This document shows, one piece after another, positions 48,479 to 57,879 of a DNA stretch of 64,000 nucleotides. How positions within the stretch are numbered: the first letter of the stretch is position 1; the number at the start of each line of letters is the position of its first letter. This stretch comes from Trueperaceae bacterium (GTDB lineage Bacteria; Deinococcota; Deinococci; Deinococcales; Trueperaceae), in contig OZ243913.1 in NCBI GenBank assembly GCA_965213705.1, forward strand, positions 2,976,001 through 3,040,000, written 5' to 3'. Below the pieces are notes generated by a model that searched no databases, was not told the origin of the DNA, and was given only the letters and a program-made list of their open reading frames with translations. Position numbers and translations under genes: made by a program.

Positions 48479-49504
48479 ATGAGTTTGTTTTTAGAAGCCG
48501 CGCGCGGCCACAACACAGAGCGCGCCCCTATTTGGATTATGCGCCAAGCCGGGCGCTACCTGCCCGAGTACCGCGCCATCAAAGCAAAGTCCAACTTTTG
48601 GGAGATGTGCCGCACGCCCGAACTGGCCTGCGAAATCACCCTGCAACCGATAAAGCGCTTCGGCTTGGACGCCGCCATTTTGTTTCAAGACATCATGACG
48701 CCGTTGCCGCCGATGGGCGTGAAAATCGACTTCAAACCCGGCCCGGTGTTCGAAAAACCCATCCGTTCCGAGGCAGCTATCGACGCCCTGCACGTGCCGG
48801 AACAGGGCGAAATCGCGCCTTACGTCGCCGAGGCGATAAAGTTGATTCGCGGGGCCTCGAGCACGCCCCTTATCGGTTTCGGCGGCGCGCCGCTCACCCT
48901 GGCGACGTACATGATTCAGGGCGGCGGCAGCAAAGACTACGAAGAGTTTCGGCAGTTTTTGCGCTACGCGCCCGCAGCAGCACATAAACTTTTGGACAAG
49001 CTTACCGAGGTCAGCATTCGTTACTTGAGAATGCAAGTCGAGGCGGGCGCGCAGGCGATTCAGCTTTTCGACTCTTGGGCCGGACTGCACAATGCGCACA
49101 CTTACAGTGAATTCGCGCTGCCTTACAACCGGCGAATCTTTGAGGCGCTGGGGTCTCTCGACGTCCCCCGGCTCTATATCGCCGTCAACGCCCTGCACCT
49201 CTACGGCGAGATTCAAAAACTCCCCTGCGAGGTCGTGAGCGTGGACTGGCGCGCGCCGCTCAGTCAGGTGCGGCCGCTGCTGCCGGGAAAAACTTTGCAG
49301 GGCAATCTCGACCCGGCCGTCTTACTCGCGCCGAAAGAAACTATCACGCGAGAGGCCGAGCGCGTGCTGTGGGAGGGCCTCGGCGGGCCGCATATCTTCA
49401 ACTTGGGCCACGGCATCATGAAGCAGACCGATCCCGACCATCTGGCTCACCTCGTTGAGACGGTGCAGGGTTTCGACCGGGCTCGAGCCTTGGCGGAAAC
49501 TTGA
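48479..49504 (+). CDS. hemE: Uroporphyrinogen decarboxylase
   Basis: WIMRQAGRYLPEY, QLFDSW, QGNLDP, FNLGHG. Confidence 0.97.
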   Translation: MSLFLEAARGHNTERAPIWIMRQAGRYLPEYRAIKAKSNFWEMCRTPELACEITLQPIKRFGLDAAILFQDIMTPLPPMGVKIDFKPGPVFEKPIRSEAAIDALHVPEQGEIAPYVAEAIKLIRGASSTPLIGFGGAPLTLATYMIQGGGSKDYEEFRQFLRYAPAAAHKLLDKLTEVSIRYLRMQVEAGAQAIQLFDSWAGLHNAHTYSEFALPYNRRIFEALGSLDVPRLYIAVNALHLYGEIQKLPCEVVSVDWRAPLSQVRPLLPGKTLQGNLDPAVLLAPKETITREAERVLWEGLGGPHIFNLGHGIMKQTDPDHLAHLVETVQGFDRARALAET

Positions 49505-49555
49505 GAAGCGCGGCCTAAATACCTCCTTGTGTAAGCCTTTGTGTAGAATGACGGC

Positions 49556-49756
49556 ATGGCGACCAACCTACAAATCGACAACGAACTGCTCCAAGAAGCT
49601 CAGCAGCTCGGCAACTTCAAAACCAAAAAGGACACGGTCAATCAAGCCCTCAAAGAATTTGTTGAGCACCACAAACAGCTCGAAATTTTTAAGCTCAAGG
49701 GACAAATCGACTATTTTGACGACTATGATCACAAAAAAGCACGTCAGAAACGGTGA
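49556..49756 (+). CDS. vapB: VapB-type antitoxin
   Basis: MATNLQID..L...TKK..VN.AL.E pattern; stop overlaps the PIN gene start. Confidence 0.85.
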   Translation: MATNLQIDNELLQEAQQLGNFKTKKDTVNQALKEFVEHHKQLEIFKLKGQIDYFDDYDHKKARQKR

Positions 49757-50166
49757 AGGTTATTGCCGATACGACAGTCTGGTCTCTCTTTTTGAGGCGT
49801 CAGCAGCCTTTTACTATGCCCGAGGTTGACGCATTAGACAAGCTCATTCTTGAAAACCGTGTACAGATGTTGGGGATTATACGTCAGGAGTTGCTGTCCG
49901 GTATCAGGGAGCTTACCCAATTTCGCAGATTGAGTAGAGCTACAGAAAGCTTTCCTGATTTGCTGGCAACTTCTGAAGATCACTTGGTCGCCGCACAGAG
50001 CTTCAACGCTTGTCGCCGCAAGGGAATTCAAGGCGTCGCCGTCGACTTTCTAATCTGCGCTCAAGCTATCAATCATGACATGCCTATTTTGACGCTCGAC
50101 GAAGACTTCCAGAGCTACGCGACGGTCATACCCATCACACTTCTCACAACAGAGCAGGGTCTATGA
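49753..50166 (+). CDS. vapC: VapC PIN-domain toxin
   Basis: DTTVW, QELL.G, DFLI.A, T.D.DF acidic tetrad. Confidence 0.9.
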   Translation: MKVIADTTVWSLFLRRQQPFTMPEVDALDKLILENRVQMLGIIRQELLSGIRELTQFRRLSRATESFPDLLATSEDHLVAAQSFNACRRKGIQGVAVDFLICAQAINHDMPILTLDEDFQSYATVIPITLLTTEQGL

Positions 50167-51074
50167 CCCGCCGCAAACACGTCTACCAGGTTATGCAAGA
50201 AGGCCAAGCCAAACTCGTCGCGGCCTTTGAGAAGACGGATGGCAAGGGTAAATTCACTCTTCACACCTGGGAGCGTCCCGGCGGCGGGGGCGGTCGGGCG
50301 ATGGCGCTTAGCGGCGGGGCCGTCTTTGAAAAAGCGGGCGTCAACGTCTCGGCCGTGCAGGGCGACCAGGTTCCGCCGAGCCTCGCCGCGCAACATCCCG
50401 GCACGGCGGGCAAACCGTGGTTCGCCACGGGCATTTCACTGGTGCTGCATCCACAAAACCCTTACGTTCCCGCTTTTCACGCCAACTATCGCTATTTCGA
50501 AATAGGGGCCGAAGGTGAAACGAGCGACGTTTGGTGGTTCGGCGGCGGCGCGGACATGACACCGAGTTATGCGTTTGAAGAAGACATCAGCCACTTTCAC
50601 CGAACGCTCAAAGCCCAGTGCGACCGCCACCCACAAGCGGACTATGAGGCGTTCAAGAAAACCTGCGACGCCTACTTTTACATCAAGCACCGTCAGGAAA
50701 TGCGCGGGGTGGGCGGCATCTTTTTCGACGAACTTTCCCCCGTCGGGCGGGGTGATTGGGCGGCGGATTTGGCTTTTCAGAAAGACGGCATCGACACCAT
50801 CCTCAGCGCCTATTTGCCCGTCGTCGAAAAGCGCAAAAACACGTTATACGGCGAGCGCGAGAAGCAGTGGCAACTCTACCGCAGGGGCCGTTACGCGGAG
50901 TTCAATCTCGTCTACGACCGCGGTACGCTGTTCGGCTTGCAGACAACCGGCAACATCGAGGCGATTTTGATGTCGATGCCGCCCCTGGCACGCTGGGCTT
51001 TCGACTACCGGCCCGAGCCGGGGAGTGACGAGGCAAAGATGCTCGAGTACCTACAGCCGAAAGACTGGGTCTAA
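50163..51074 (+). CDS. hemF: Oxygen-dependent coproporphyrinogen III oxidase
   Basis: EKAGVN.S, HP.NP..P..HAN.R, WWFGGGAD.TP, RGRYAEFNLVYDRGT. Confidence 0.96.
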   Translation: MTRRKHVYQVMQEGQAKLVAAFEKTDGKGKFTLHTWERPGGGGGRAMALSGGAVFEKAGVNVSAVQGDQVPPSLAAQHPGTAGKPWFATGISLVLHPQNPYVPAFHANYRYFEIGAEGETSDVWWFGGGADMTPSYAFEEDISHFHRTLKAQCDRHPQADYEAFKKTCDAYFYIKHRQEMRGVGGIFFDELSPVGRGDWAADLAFQKDGIDTILSAYLPVVEKRKNTLYGEREKQWQLYRRGRYAEFNLVYDRGTLFGLQTTGNIEAILMSMPPLARWAFDYRPEPGSDEAKMLEYLQPKDWV

Positions 51075-52060
51075 TCCAACACCTCCGGGTTGAGGATGTG
51101 TGGCACCCGCTCGCCTTTCAACACGCTCACAACCGCCTCAGCGCAGAGCGTCGCCATCGCGTTGCGCGTGTTCTGGGTGGCCGAGCCGAGGTGCGGAGCG
51201 AGCACGACGTTGGGCAGACCTTTCAGGGCGTCGCTGACGCGGGGCTCAAACTCGAACACGTCCAAGCCCGCGCCCCAGATTCGGCCCGCGGTGAGCGCTT
51301 CGACCAGGGCTTGCTCGTCGACGATTTCGCCGCGCGCGGTGTTGATGAGAATCGCGTTCGGCTTCATCGTCTCAAAGGCTTTTTTGTCGATAAGGTGGCG
51401 CGTTTCGTCGGTCAGGGGGCAGTGGAGGGTCACGACGTCGCTGGCGGCCAACAGCGCGTACAGGTCGCTTTCAAACTGCACTCCCAAACGCTTTTCGGCC
51501 TCGGAGTCACGGGAGCGGTTGTGGTAGCGCACCGTCATGTTGAAGGTTTGGGCGCGTTTGGCGACCTCGAGCCCTATTCGCCCCATACCGACGATGCCGA
51601 GGGTTTTGCCCTTCAGGTCTTGCCCGAGCAGTTGCAGGGGTGCCCAGCCCGCCCACTCGCCCGACACGGCGAGCGCGTGGCCCTCCAGGACCCGCCGCGC
51701 GACTGCCAGCATGAGCATCATCGCCTGGTCGGCGGTCGCCTCGGAGAGGACGCCGGGCGTGTTGCTCACTGCTACGCCGCGCGCGGTGCAGGCGGGCACG
51801 TCGACGTTGTTGTAGCCGACCGCGAAGTTGGCAACGATTTTTAGGCCGTCCCCCGCAGCGTCCAGAAGTTCGGCGTCGACGCGCTCGCTCAACGTTGTCA
51901 GGAGGGCGGTATAAGACTCGGCTTTCAGGGTCTCGAGCAACTTCTCCCGCGGTATAGGCGTGTCGAGGTCGTAGACCTCGAACTCGAGGCTGGCCTTCCT
52001 AAGCAACTCGTACCCCACGTCGGGAATCCGGCGGGTGATGAAAACTTTAGACAAAAACAC
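51071..52060 (-). CDS. D-2-hydroxyacid dehydrogenase (glyoxylate reductase / D-glycerate dehydrogenase)
   Basis: AVGYNN.D, GMGRIG, NTARG, LDVFE.EP, PHLGSA. Confidence 0.92.
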   Translation of the reverse strand: MFLSKVFITRRIPDVGYELLRKASLEFEVYDLDTPIPREKLLETLKAESYTALLTTLSERVDAELLDAAGDGLKIVANFAVGYNNVDVPACTARGVAVSNTPGVLSEATADQAMMLMLAVARRVLEGHALAVSGEWAGWAPLQLLGQDLKGKTLGIVGMGRIGLEVAKRAQTFNMTVRYHNRSRDSEAEKRLGVQFESDLYALLAASDVVTLHCPLTDETRHLIDKKAFETMKPNAILINTARGEIVDEQALVEALTAGRIWGAGLDVFEFEPRVSDALKGLPNVVLAPHLGSATQNTRNAMATLCAEAVVSVLKGERVPHILNPEVLD

Positions 52061-52065
52061 CTCCC

Positions 52066-52094
52066 ACAGGGGCAGGTTTCAAACCCGCCCCTAC
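52066..52094 (-). repeat. GTAG-type REP-like palindrome
   Basis: Minus strand GTAG-GGGCGGGTTT-G-AAACCTGCCC-CTGT. Confidence 0.6.
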
Positions 52095-52113
52095 AATCGA
52101 ATGTCACACGGGG

Positions 52114-55100
52114 TCAGCGCTGCGGCTGCACGAACACCGCCGTCGTAAAGGCGGGCACGGAGAGCTGGCTGGTGCGCTCGTAAAACGCCGAGGTTTTCAC
52201 GGTTTCATCGTTCCCGGCTCGCTGTAAAGGGTGCAAAAGCAGGCGGAGGCCGTCCAACTCCGGCACCTTGAAGGTGTGGCGTTCTGGCGTCGCGTTGAAC
52301 ACGACGACGACGCGCCCGAAGTTGGGGTCGAGGTCGGGCAGACTGCCCCCGTCGGCCAAACTCATCACGATGACGCCGGGAACTTGCTCGGGGCCGGTGT
52401 TAAGAAATTCAAGGCGCTGCTCGACCTCTTCGGCGGTCTCGAGCCGAAACAGCGGCGAACTGTAGCGGATTTGAAGCATCGTCTTAAAGGCGTCGCTCGA
52501 GCGCACAATGTCCTCACGCCCCGGCGTCAACTCGGCCTCAACCAAGCGCGGGCGCATAAACTGCCAGTTGTCGCGGTTGTCGTCGGCCGGGGGCAAGCCG
52601 ACGCCGAAGTTGTTGGTTTCGAAGGTAAAGTCCAGCCGGTTGAACCAGTCGCCCGAGTTGTAGCTGTTGCGGTCGAACGACTTGGAGCGCAACAACTCGC
52701 TCCCGGCATGGAAAAAGGGCACGCCCTGCGACAGCGCGACGATGCTGAGGTCCAGGTCTTGCGCGCGCACCCGGTCGGCGGTGGACAGCTCGAGCGGCAG
52801 CTTGTACTGGTTGTTGTCCCACAGCGTCTGGTTGTCGTGCGCGGAAATATAGACGATGTTCTCCTGCGGGTCCTGGGTATAGCCGGTCGGTGAGCCGTTG
52901 TAGTCCACATCGCGGCCCGTGACTTCCTGACCGTCGCCGCTCACAAAACGGTAGTCGGCCAGGTTGCCCGCCAGACCGACGCGGATGATGTCGGCGGCGT
53001 GCAACAAGTCGGCGCGCTGCGTGTCCGGGTCGTTTGTGACCTCGTCGTTCGGCAGCGTGTAGAGGCCGGTGCCGAAACCCTGGTTTTTGACGAGGTCGAT
53101 TCCGCCGTCGAACGGGCCGCCGCCCCGCACCGCGTCGCGGAGGCGGTCGTTGAAAGTTCCGATGCCGGTGCCGCCTAAGTTGAGCTGCGTGGCGTTGACG
53201 CCTCGAGCATTATCAGCCACCTCGCCGAAGTTCCAGCCCTCGCCGTAGAGGTAAACCTTGCTGCCGTCCACGCCGTCCGCCTCAAGCGTGAGCGCGTCGA
53301 GCGCGGCGCGCACTTTGAGCATGTTCTCGACCAGGTGATGCCCCATCAGGTCGAAGCGGAAACCGTCGATTTTGTAAGCCGTGGCCCAAGCGACGACCGA
53401 ATCCACCATCAGTTTCTCCATCATGGCGTGCTCGGTGGCGGTGTTCTGGCAGCAGGTGCTCGTCTCGACCGCGCCGTCGGCGTTCAGGCGGTGGTAGTAG
53501 CCGGGGACGACTTTGTCGAGCACCGAGCGCTCGTTCTGGCCACTGGCGTTGGTGTGGTTGTAGACCACGTCGTTCACGACGCGCAGGCCGACACTGTTCA
53601 GACCCTGCACCATTTGCCGGTACTCGAGCACGCGCGCGGCTCCGCTCGGGTCCGTCGCGTAACTCCCTTCGGGCACGGTGTAGTGGTAGGGGTCGTAGCC
53701 CCAGTTGAAGCCGTCCTGGTCCTTGACCGCGCTCATCGCTTCTTGCTGGCGGGGCGAGTCGGGTGGCAAAGCGGACAGGTCGGCGTCGGGCTCGAGCCAG
53801 CTCGATTTGTCCTCGTCGATGGTAGCGATGTCGAAGGTCGGCAACAGGTGGAGGTGGGTCAGCCCGACGTCGGCGAGCGAGGCGAGGTGGGTCATGCCGT
53901 CGCTCTCGGGGTGGGTAAACGCGAGGTAGGTGCCACGCTCCGTTTCAGGTACGGTCTCGTCGAACACGCTGAAGTCGCGCAGGTGAAGTTCGTACAGCGT
54001 AATGTCCTCGAAGGACTCGAGCCCCGGCTTCTCCAGGGCGTCCCAACCCTCGGGTTTGAGGCTGGCGTCGCCCAAGTCTACGAACTGACTGCGCGCGCTG
54101 TTCCGGCTCAGGCTCAGCGAGTACGGGTCGGTGACGAGGTTGGTCTCGAGGTTCTGGGTGCTCGGGGCGTAGACGCCGACCTCAAAAAGATAATACTTGC
54201 CTTTCCAGCTCGAGTCGCCCGTTGCGCTCCACACGCCGCTCGAGTCGTCGCGGGTCATGTCGAGAATGTCGGCGGTGTCGTCATCAGCCGTGTCGAACAC
54301 GTGAAGTTCGACCGTTTGCGCGGTCGGTGCCCACACTTTGACGGTGGGCATGTCGCCTTGCCAGGTCAGGCCGAGGTCTGTGTCTCGAGCCGCTTCAGCG
54401 TACAGCGCGTCGAGCACGCCGGGGACTTGCACGCCGGTCGCGTCGACGAGGCGGTCGCCGCTCACTGCGCCGACGGCGACCTGGCCGCGCAGCAGTTCGG
54501 GGGCTCGAGCCGCGGCGTCTTCGGACAGGCGGAGGGCGCTGTAGCCTTGCAGGTGGGGGAACTGGGCTAAGACATCCTCGGGCAAACCTGCTTCGTCCAG
54601 GGTTAGTACGAAAGCTTCGCCGCCGGTCAGTTCGGTTTCGGTGGGCTCGAGTTCAGCCGTCTCGGAGGCGTATAGAAAATACTCGGTACCCGGCACCGTC
54701 GTACCGAGCTGCCAAGCGACGAGGTCTGGCCGCAGCCAGTGAGCTTGCGCCTTTGTCAAGTCCGCGCCGGCGGTTCCGGCCGTTTTGAGGTCGGGTTGAC
54801 TCGTAAACAGCTCCCCGCTGCCCGAGACGAGCCAAACTTCGTTGCCCATCTCGCTCAAGCTTAGGGACATGTCGGGGCCGGGGTCTTTCTCGTCGCCGCG
54901 GTGAACGATGAAGTTCAGCCGTTCGGCGGCGTCCACAAGGGGGACGTTCCAGTACACGCCGTAATCGTCTTGTCCGGCGGGCTCGAGGCCGTTTTCCCAA
55001 TTGGTTTCTTCCGCCGCGTCCTCCCAGACGTGGAGTATAAACCCTTCGTAGTCGCCGTCGGGGCGGTAGTAGTGGACGCGGGCCGTGCCCTCGTCGGGCG

Positions 55101-55473
55101 GGCCGAGCGGGGGGGCGGTAAACACTTGCTCGTTGCCGGACTGCAGCCACACCTCGCGCGTTTGCGAAGGGTTGATGAATAGGTCCGGGCCGGGGTCTTT
55201 TTCGTCGCCCTTGTGGACGATGAAGCCGAGCCTTTGGGCGTCGTCTGTCAGAGAAACGTCCCAGTAGACGCCGTAGTCGTCGCTGCCAGAGACCTCTAAG
55301 CCGTTCGCCCAGGTGACTTCTTCGGTAGTGTCTTCCCAGACGTGGAGCTTGAAGCCCTCGTAAGCGCCGTCGGGCCGCTGGTAGTGAACCCGCGCGGTGT
55401 TGTCGGGCAGGTCGGTTTGGGCCAGTGCCAGACTCGCCAGCACGAGAACGAGCCATATCCAAAATTTCTTCAT
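52114..55473 (-). CDS. Exported pullulanase-type alpha-1,6-glucosidase (GH13) with two N-terminal CBM41-like modules
   Basis: Signal peptide; duplicated RVHY.RPDG.YEGF.LHVWED; FNWGYDP, DVVYNH, GFRFDLMGH, YGEGW, SAHDN. Confidence 0.94.
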   Translation of the reverse strand: MKKFWIWLVLVLASLALAQTDLPDNTARVHYQRPDGAYEGFKLHVWEDTTEEVTWANGLEVSGSDDYGVYWDVSLTDDAQRLGFIVHKGDEKDPGPDLFINPSQTREVWLQSGNEQVFTAPPLGPPDEGTARVHYYRPDGDYEGFILHVWEDAAEETNWENGLEPAGQDDYGVYWNVPLVDAAERLNFIVHRGDEKDPGPDMSLSLSEMGNEVWLVSGSGELFTSQPDLKTAGTAGADLTKAQAHWLRPDLVAWQLGTTVPGTEYFLYASETAELEPTETELTGGEAFVLTLDEAGLPEDVLAQFPHLQGYSALRLSEDAAARAPELLRGQVAVGAVSGDRLVDATGVQVPGVLDALYAEAARDTDLGLTWQGDMPTVKVWAPTAQTVELHVFDTADDDTADILDMTRDDSSGVWSATGDSSWKGKYYLFEVGVYAPSTQNLETNLVTDPYSLSLSRNSARSQFVDLGDASLKPEGWDALEKPGLESFEDITLYELHLRDFSVFDETVPETERGTYLAFTHPESDGMTHLASLADVGLTHLHLLPTFDIATIDEDKSSWLEPDADLSALPPDSPRQQEAMSAVKDQDGFNWGYDPYHYTVPEGSYATDPSGAARVLEYRQMVQGLNSVGLRVVNDVVYNHTNASGQNERSVLDKVVPGYYHRLNADGAVETSTCCQNTATEHAMMEKLMVDSVVAWATAYKIDGFRFDLMGHHLVENMLKVRAALDALTLEADGVDGSKVYLYGEGWNFGEVADNARGVNATQLNLGGTGIGTFNDRLRDAVRGGGPFDGGIDLVKNQGFGTGLYTLPNDEVTNDPDTQRADLLHAADIIRVGLAGNLADYRFVSGDGQEVTGRDVDYNGSPTGYTQDPQENIVYISAHDNQTLWDNNQYKLPLELSTADRVRAQDLDLSIVALSQGVPFFHAGSELLRSKSFDRNSYNSGDWFNRLDFTFETNNFGVGLPPADDNRDNWQFMRPRLVEAELTPGREDIVRSSDAFKTMLQIRYSSPLFRLETAEEVEQRLEFLNTGPEQVPGVIVMSLADGGSLPDLDPNFGRVVVVFNATPERHTFKVPELDGLRLLLHPLQRAGNDETVKTSAFYERTSQLSVPAFTTAVFVQPQR

Positions 55474-55560
55474 CCCACTCTCCTTTGTTTCGCCCAGTAT
55501 CGCACAGGTAAGGAAATTGGTGAAGTTGAGGGCTTACTGCGTGGGTCGGTTGCGGCTTTT

Positions 55561-55591
55561 GAAAACGTCAGCGGCTGTTTTAGAAAACGTC
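55561..55591. promoter_or_regulatory. Paired GAAAACGTC sites upstream of the pullulanase (LacI-type operator candidates)
   Basis: Copies at 55561 and 55583, 22 bp apart. Confidence 0.35.
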
Positions 55592-55593
55592 TA

Positions 55594-55926
55594 TCACATA
55601 AACGCGTCGTACTTCACGTAAAAGAGGAACGCTTCGAACGCCTCGGCCTGCGTGGGCGTCCGGCCGAGCCTGTGCTCTGCGCTGGCAAGAACGTCCTCGA
55701 CCTGCTCTTTTTGTAGGGCGTGTTCGAACACTACGCCGCGCAGTTCGACCTTGGGGTCGTCCTCCTCGTAAGGGTCGGACGGGTGGACAAGGCACGGGGT
55801 CGTTTCGGACCACGGCTGGTCGAAGGGTAACAGGACGCTACTGTTTTCTTGCCAGCCTCGCGCGTTCAGGAGGGCGGGGCCTAGCAACAGCAGGGACGGG
55901 GTTTCGTCCGTGCGAGGCTCGCTCAC
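55594..55926 (-). CDS. Small acidic protein, putative immunity-type (DUF7716-like)
   Basis: W...TPC.V, AL....V.D, AF.FY..YDAF pattern (family recalled from memory); 1-nt gap after the upstream gene. Confidence 0.6.
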   Translation of the reverse strand: MSEPRTDETPSLLLLGPALLNARGWQENSSVLLPFDQPWSETTPCLVHPSDPYEEDDPKVELRGVVFEHALQKEQVEDVLASAEHRLGRTPTQAEAFEAFLFYVKYDAFM

Positions 55927-55927
55927 G

Positions 55928-56470
55928 CTAGAACGCCACCGACGAATCCGGTGCGACGTCGGCCGGCTCGAGCCCGTGCATCCGCACGCCTAACCCGTGC
56001 TCCTCGTCCCAGCGGCTACGAAAGGCGAAGCCGAGGACGGGTTGGTCGTTTTCAAGGTAGTCGTGGAGAAACACGGTGTGCAGTTCTATAAAGTCGCGCA
56101 GCGCCTCCGCCGTCATCGTCTCCGGGAAGTCCTCGGGGTTTTCGCCCGGTTGAACGTCGTAGTCGTCGCTCAGTTCGGGGTAATAGTCGAGGACGGCGCG
56201 CACCACCGCCTCCGCCACGGCTGCTTCGTGGCTCAGCAGCCAGCGCAGCGCTTCGGCGTGGGTCGCACTCGGCGGCCCGATGTTGTCGTCGAGGTGACTG
56301 GTCACGATGAGAAAAGTGTTCCCGGAAGGCGTGCCGTCCGGCGAAGTGCGAAACCCCGCCCACGAGGGCAAGACAGCCTCACCCTCCCAAGCGTAGTCCT
56401 GGTTGTAAAAGCGGACGCCCTCGAGCGTCACCTCGTCTTCACTGTCCTCTTCACTGTCCTCGTGGGTCAC
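55928..56470 (-). CDS. Acidic protein, putative immunity-type (DUF6985/DUF2004-like)
   Basis: GF.F...WDEEHGLGV..HG motif (family recalled from memory). Confidence 0.65.
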   Translation of the reverse strand: MTHEDSEEDSEDEVTLEGVRFYNQDYAWEGEAVLPSWAGFRTSPDGTPSGNTFLIVTSHLDDNIGPPSATHAEALRWLLSHEAAVAEAVVRAVLDYYPELSDDYDVQPGENPEDFPETMTAEALRDFIELHTVFLHDYLENDQPVLGFAFRSRWDEEHGLGVRMHGLEPADVAPDSSVAF

Positions 56471-56476
56471 CTGGTT

Positions 56477-57205
56477 TTAAGTCCACTCGAAACAGACGAC
56501 CGCTCCTTGGTCGGTCTCGTCGTAAAAGAGCCACACGCCGTCCGCGCCGTACTCGTGAAAACCGTAACCCGACACGCGGCACACGAACAGCAGCGGCTCG
56601 CCCGCGGCGTTGTGGGGTTCGAGCAGGTTGTTCGACTCGAGCCACTCCTCGTCGTCTTCCTCGTCGGGCTCCGGGTCGGCGTTGCGGCCTTCGGAGAGTG
56701 GGCGGGCCAGCGTCAGTTCCGAATCCTTGAGCAGGTCGTCTATTTGGGCTGCGCTGTGCTCTTCTTTGTAAGCTGAGTAGGTGGCCTCGTTGGTCTCATA
56801 GATGTCCAAAAGCTCGTCGGCGGCGTCGAGCAGCCGTTTGGTCAGCTTGTCCTTGGCGTTGGGGTCGGTGGCTTCTTCCCCGGCATATTTGGCAGCCAGG
56901 GTGTCCCGCTGCTCGAGCAAAAAGTAGTCCCACGGCGCGTCGAACACGTAGCGCCCGTCCACAACCCTGAAGCCGAGCATGTCCTCGCCCGTGTGGTCGC
57001 CGGTCACTTCGGTCAGTGAACCGGTCGTGTCGCCGATACCCAATTTTTTGACGCTCACCACGTGCAGCCAGGTTTTGTCCGTGAAACCCATAAAGCGCAG
57101 GTCGAGCGAAAAGAGCGGCAAGAAGTGCCGCCGGTACTTGTCCAGGTCGCCCGCGAACACGTCCCAGTAGTCGGGAAAAGCGCGAAAGTAGGTGTCAGAA
57201 ATCAT
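56477..57205 (-). CDS. Acidic hypothetical protein, putative immunity-type
   Basis: FLPL.S.DL, DGRY.F, GAD...LFY...V..FEWT; TATACT 5 nt before ATG; first gene of a three-gene operon. Confidence 0.6.
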   Translation of the reverse strand: MISDTYFRAFPDYWDVFAGDLDKYRRHFLPLFSLDLRFMGFTDKTWLHVVSVKKLGIGDTTGSLTEVTGDHTGEDMLGFRVVDGRYVFDAPWDYFLLEQRDTLAAKYAGEEATDPNAKDKLTKRLLDAADELLDIYETNEATYSAYKEEHSAAQIDDLLKDSELTLARPLSEGRNADPEPDEEDDEEWLESNNLLEPHNAAGEPLLFVCRVSGYGFHEYGADGVWLFYDETDQGAVVCFEWT

Positions 57206-57294
57206 GTCGGAGTATACCTCAACAGCGTAGTTGATACTTTTGCCGGCGGCGTTTTAGCAGAAGCGGGGTCTGTAGCTTTAGGGACGAATGTATA

Positions 57295-57852
57295 ATGGCG
57301 ACGACCGTGTCGGACTTCCCCTCCTTCAAGTATCACCCCGACCCCGTCGGCACGGGCAGCGTCGTTCGGAGCACTATGGCGTGTGCGTGTTGCGGCGAGG
57401 CTAGGGGCTACATCTACACCGGACCTTTTTACTCGAGGACCGTCCTAAACCGCTTTTGCCCCTGGTGTATCGCCGACGGCCGGGCCGCGACCGAGTTCGG
57501 CGGCGAGTTTCACGACGTCACGGGACTCTTCCCGCTCGAGCCGGGACGCGACCTTGAAACGTGGCTTCCGGCGGCGGTTATCGACGAAGTGCTGTGCCGA
57601 ACACCCGGTTTTACCCTTTACAACCCTGTCGCGTGGGTGCGGCACTGCGGCGACGCCTGCGCCTACCACGGCGTTGCGACCACCGCGGACCTGCGGCGGT
57701 CGCGCTTGGCAGATGAAGACGGCAGCGAGGACGAAGGCCTGTTCGAGGAGGTTCGACACGATGGGTACGACCCGGCAACGGCCGATTTTGCCTACCTGAA
57801 CTTTCACTGTCTTCATTGCAGGGCGCGCTTCGTGACGTTGGACAGGTCTTGA
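57295..57852 (+). CDS. cbrC: CbrC/UPF0167 family protein (colicin E2 tolerance family)
   Basis: F.YHPDP..TG, C.CC, CPWCIADG.AA..F.G.F, RTPG, W..HC.DAC, C..C; true start may be GTG at 57307. Confidence 0.85.
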   Translation: MATTVSDFPSFKYHPDPVGTGSVVRSTMACACCGEARGYIYTGPFYSRTVLNRFCPWCIADGRAATEFGGEFHDVTGLFPLEPGRDLETWLPAAVIDEVLCRTPGFTLYNPVAWVRHCGDACAYHGVATTADLRRSRLADEDGSEDEGLFEEVRHDGYDPATADFAYLNFHCLHCRARFVTLDRS

Positions 57853-57879
57853 ACCCGCCCGGTTGGGCGCAGCCCTGCG

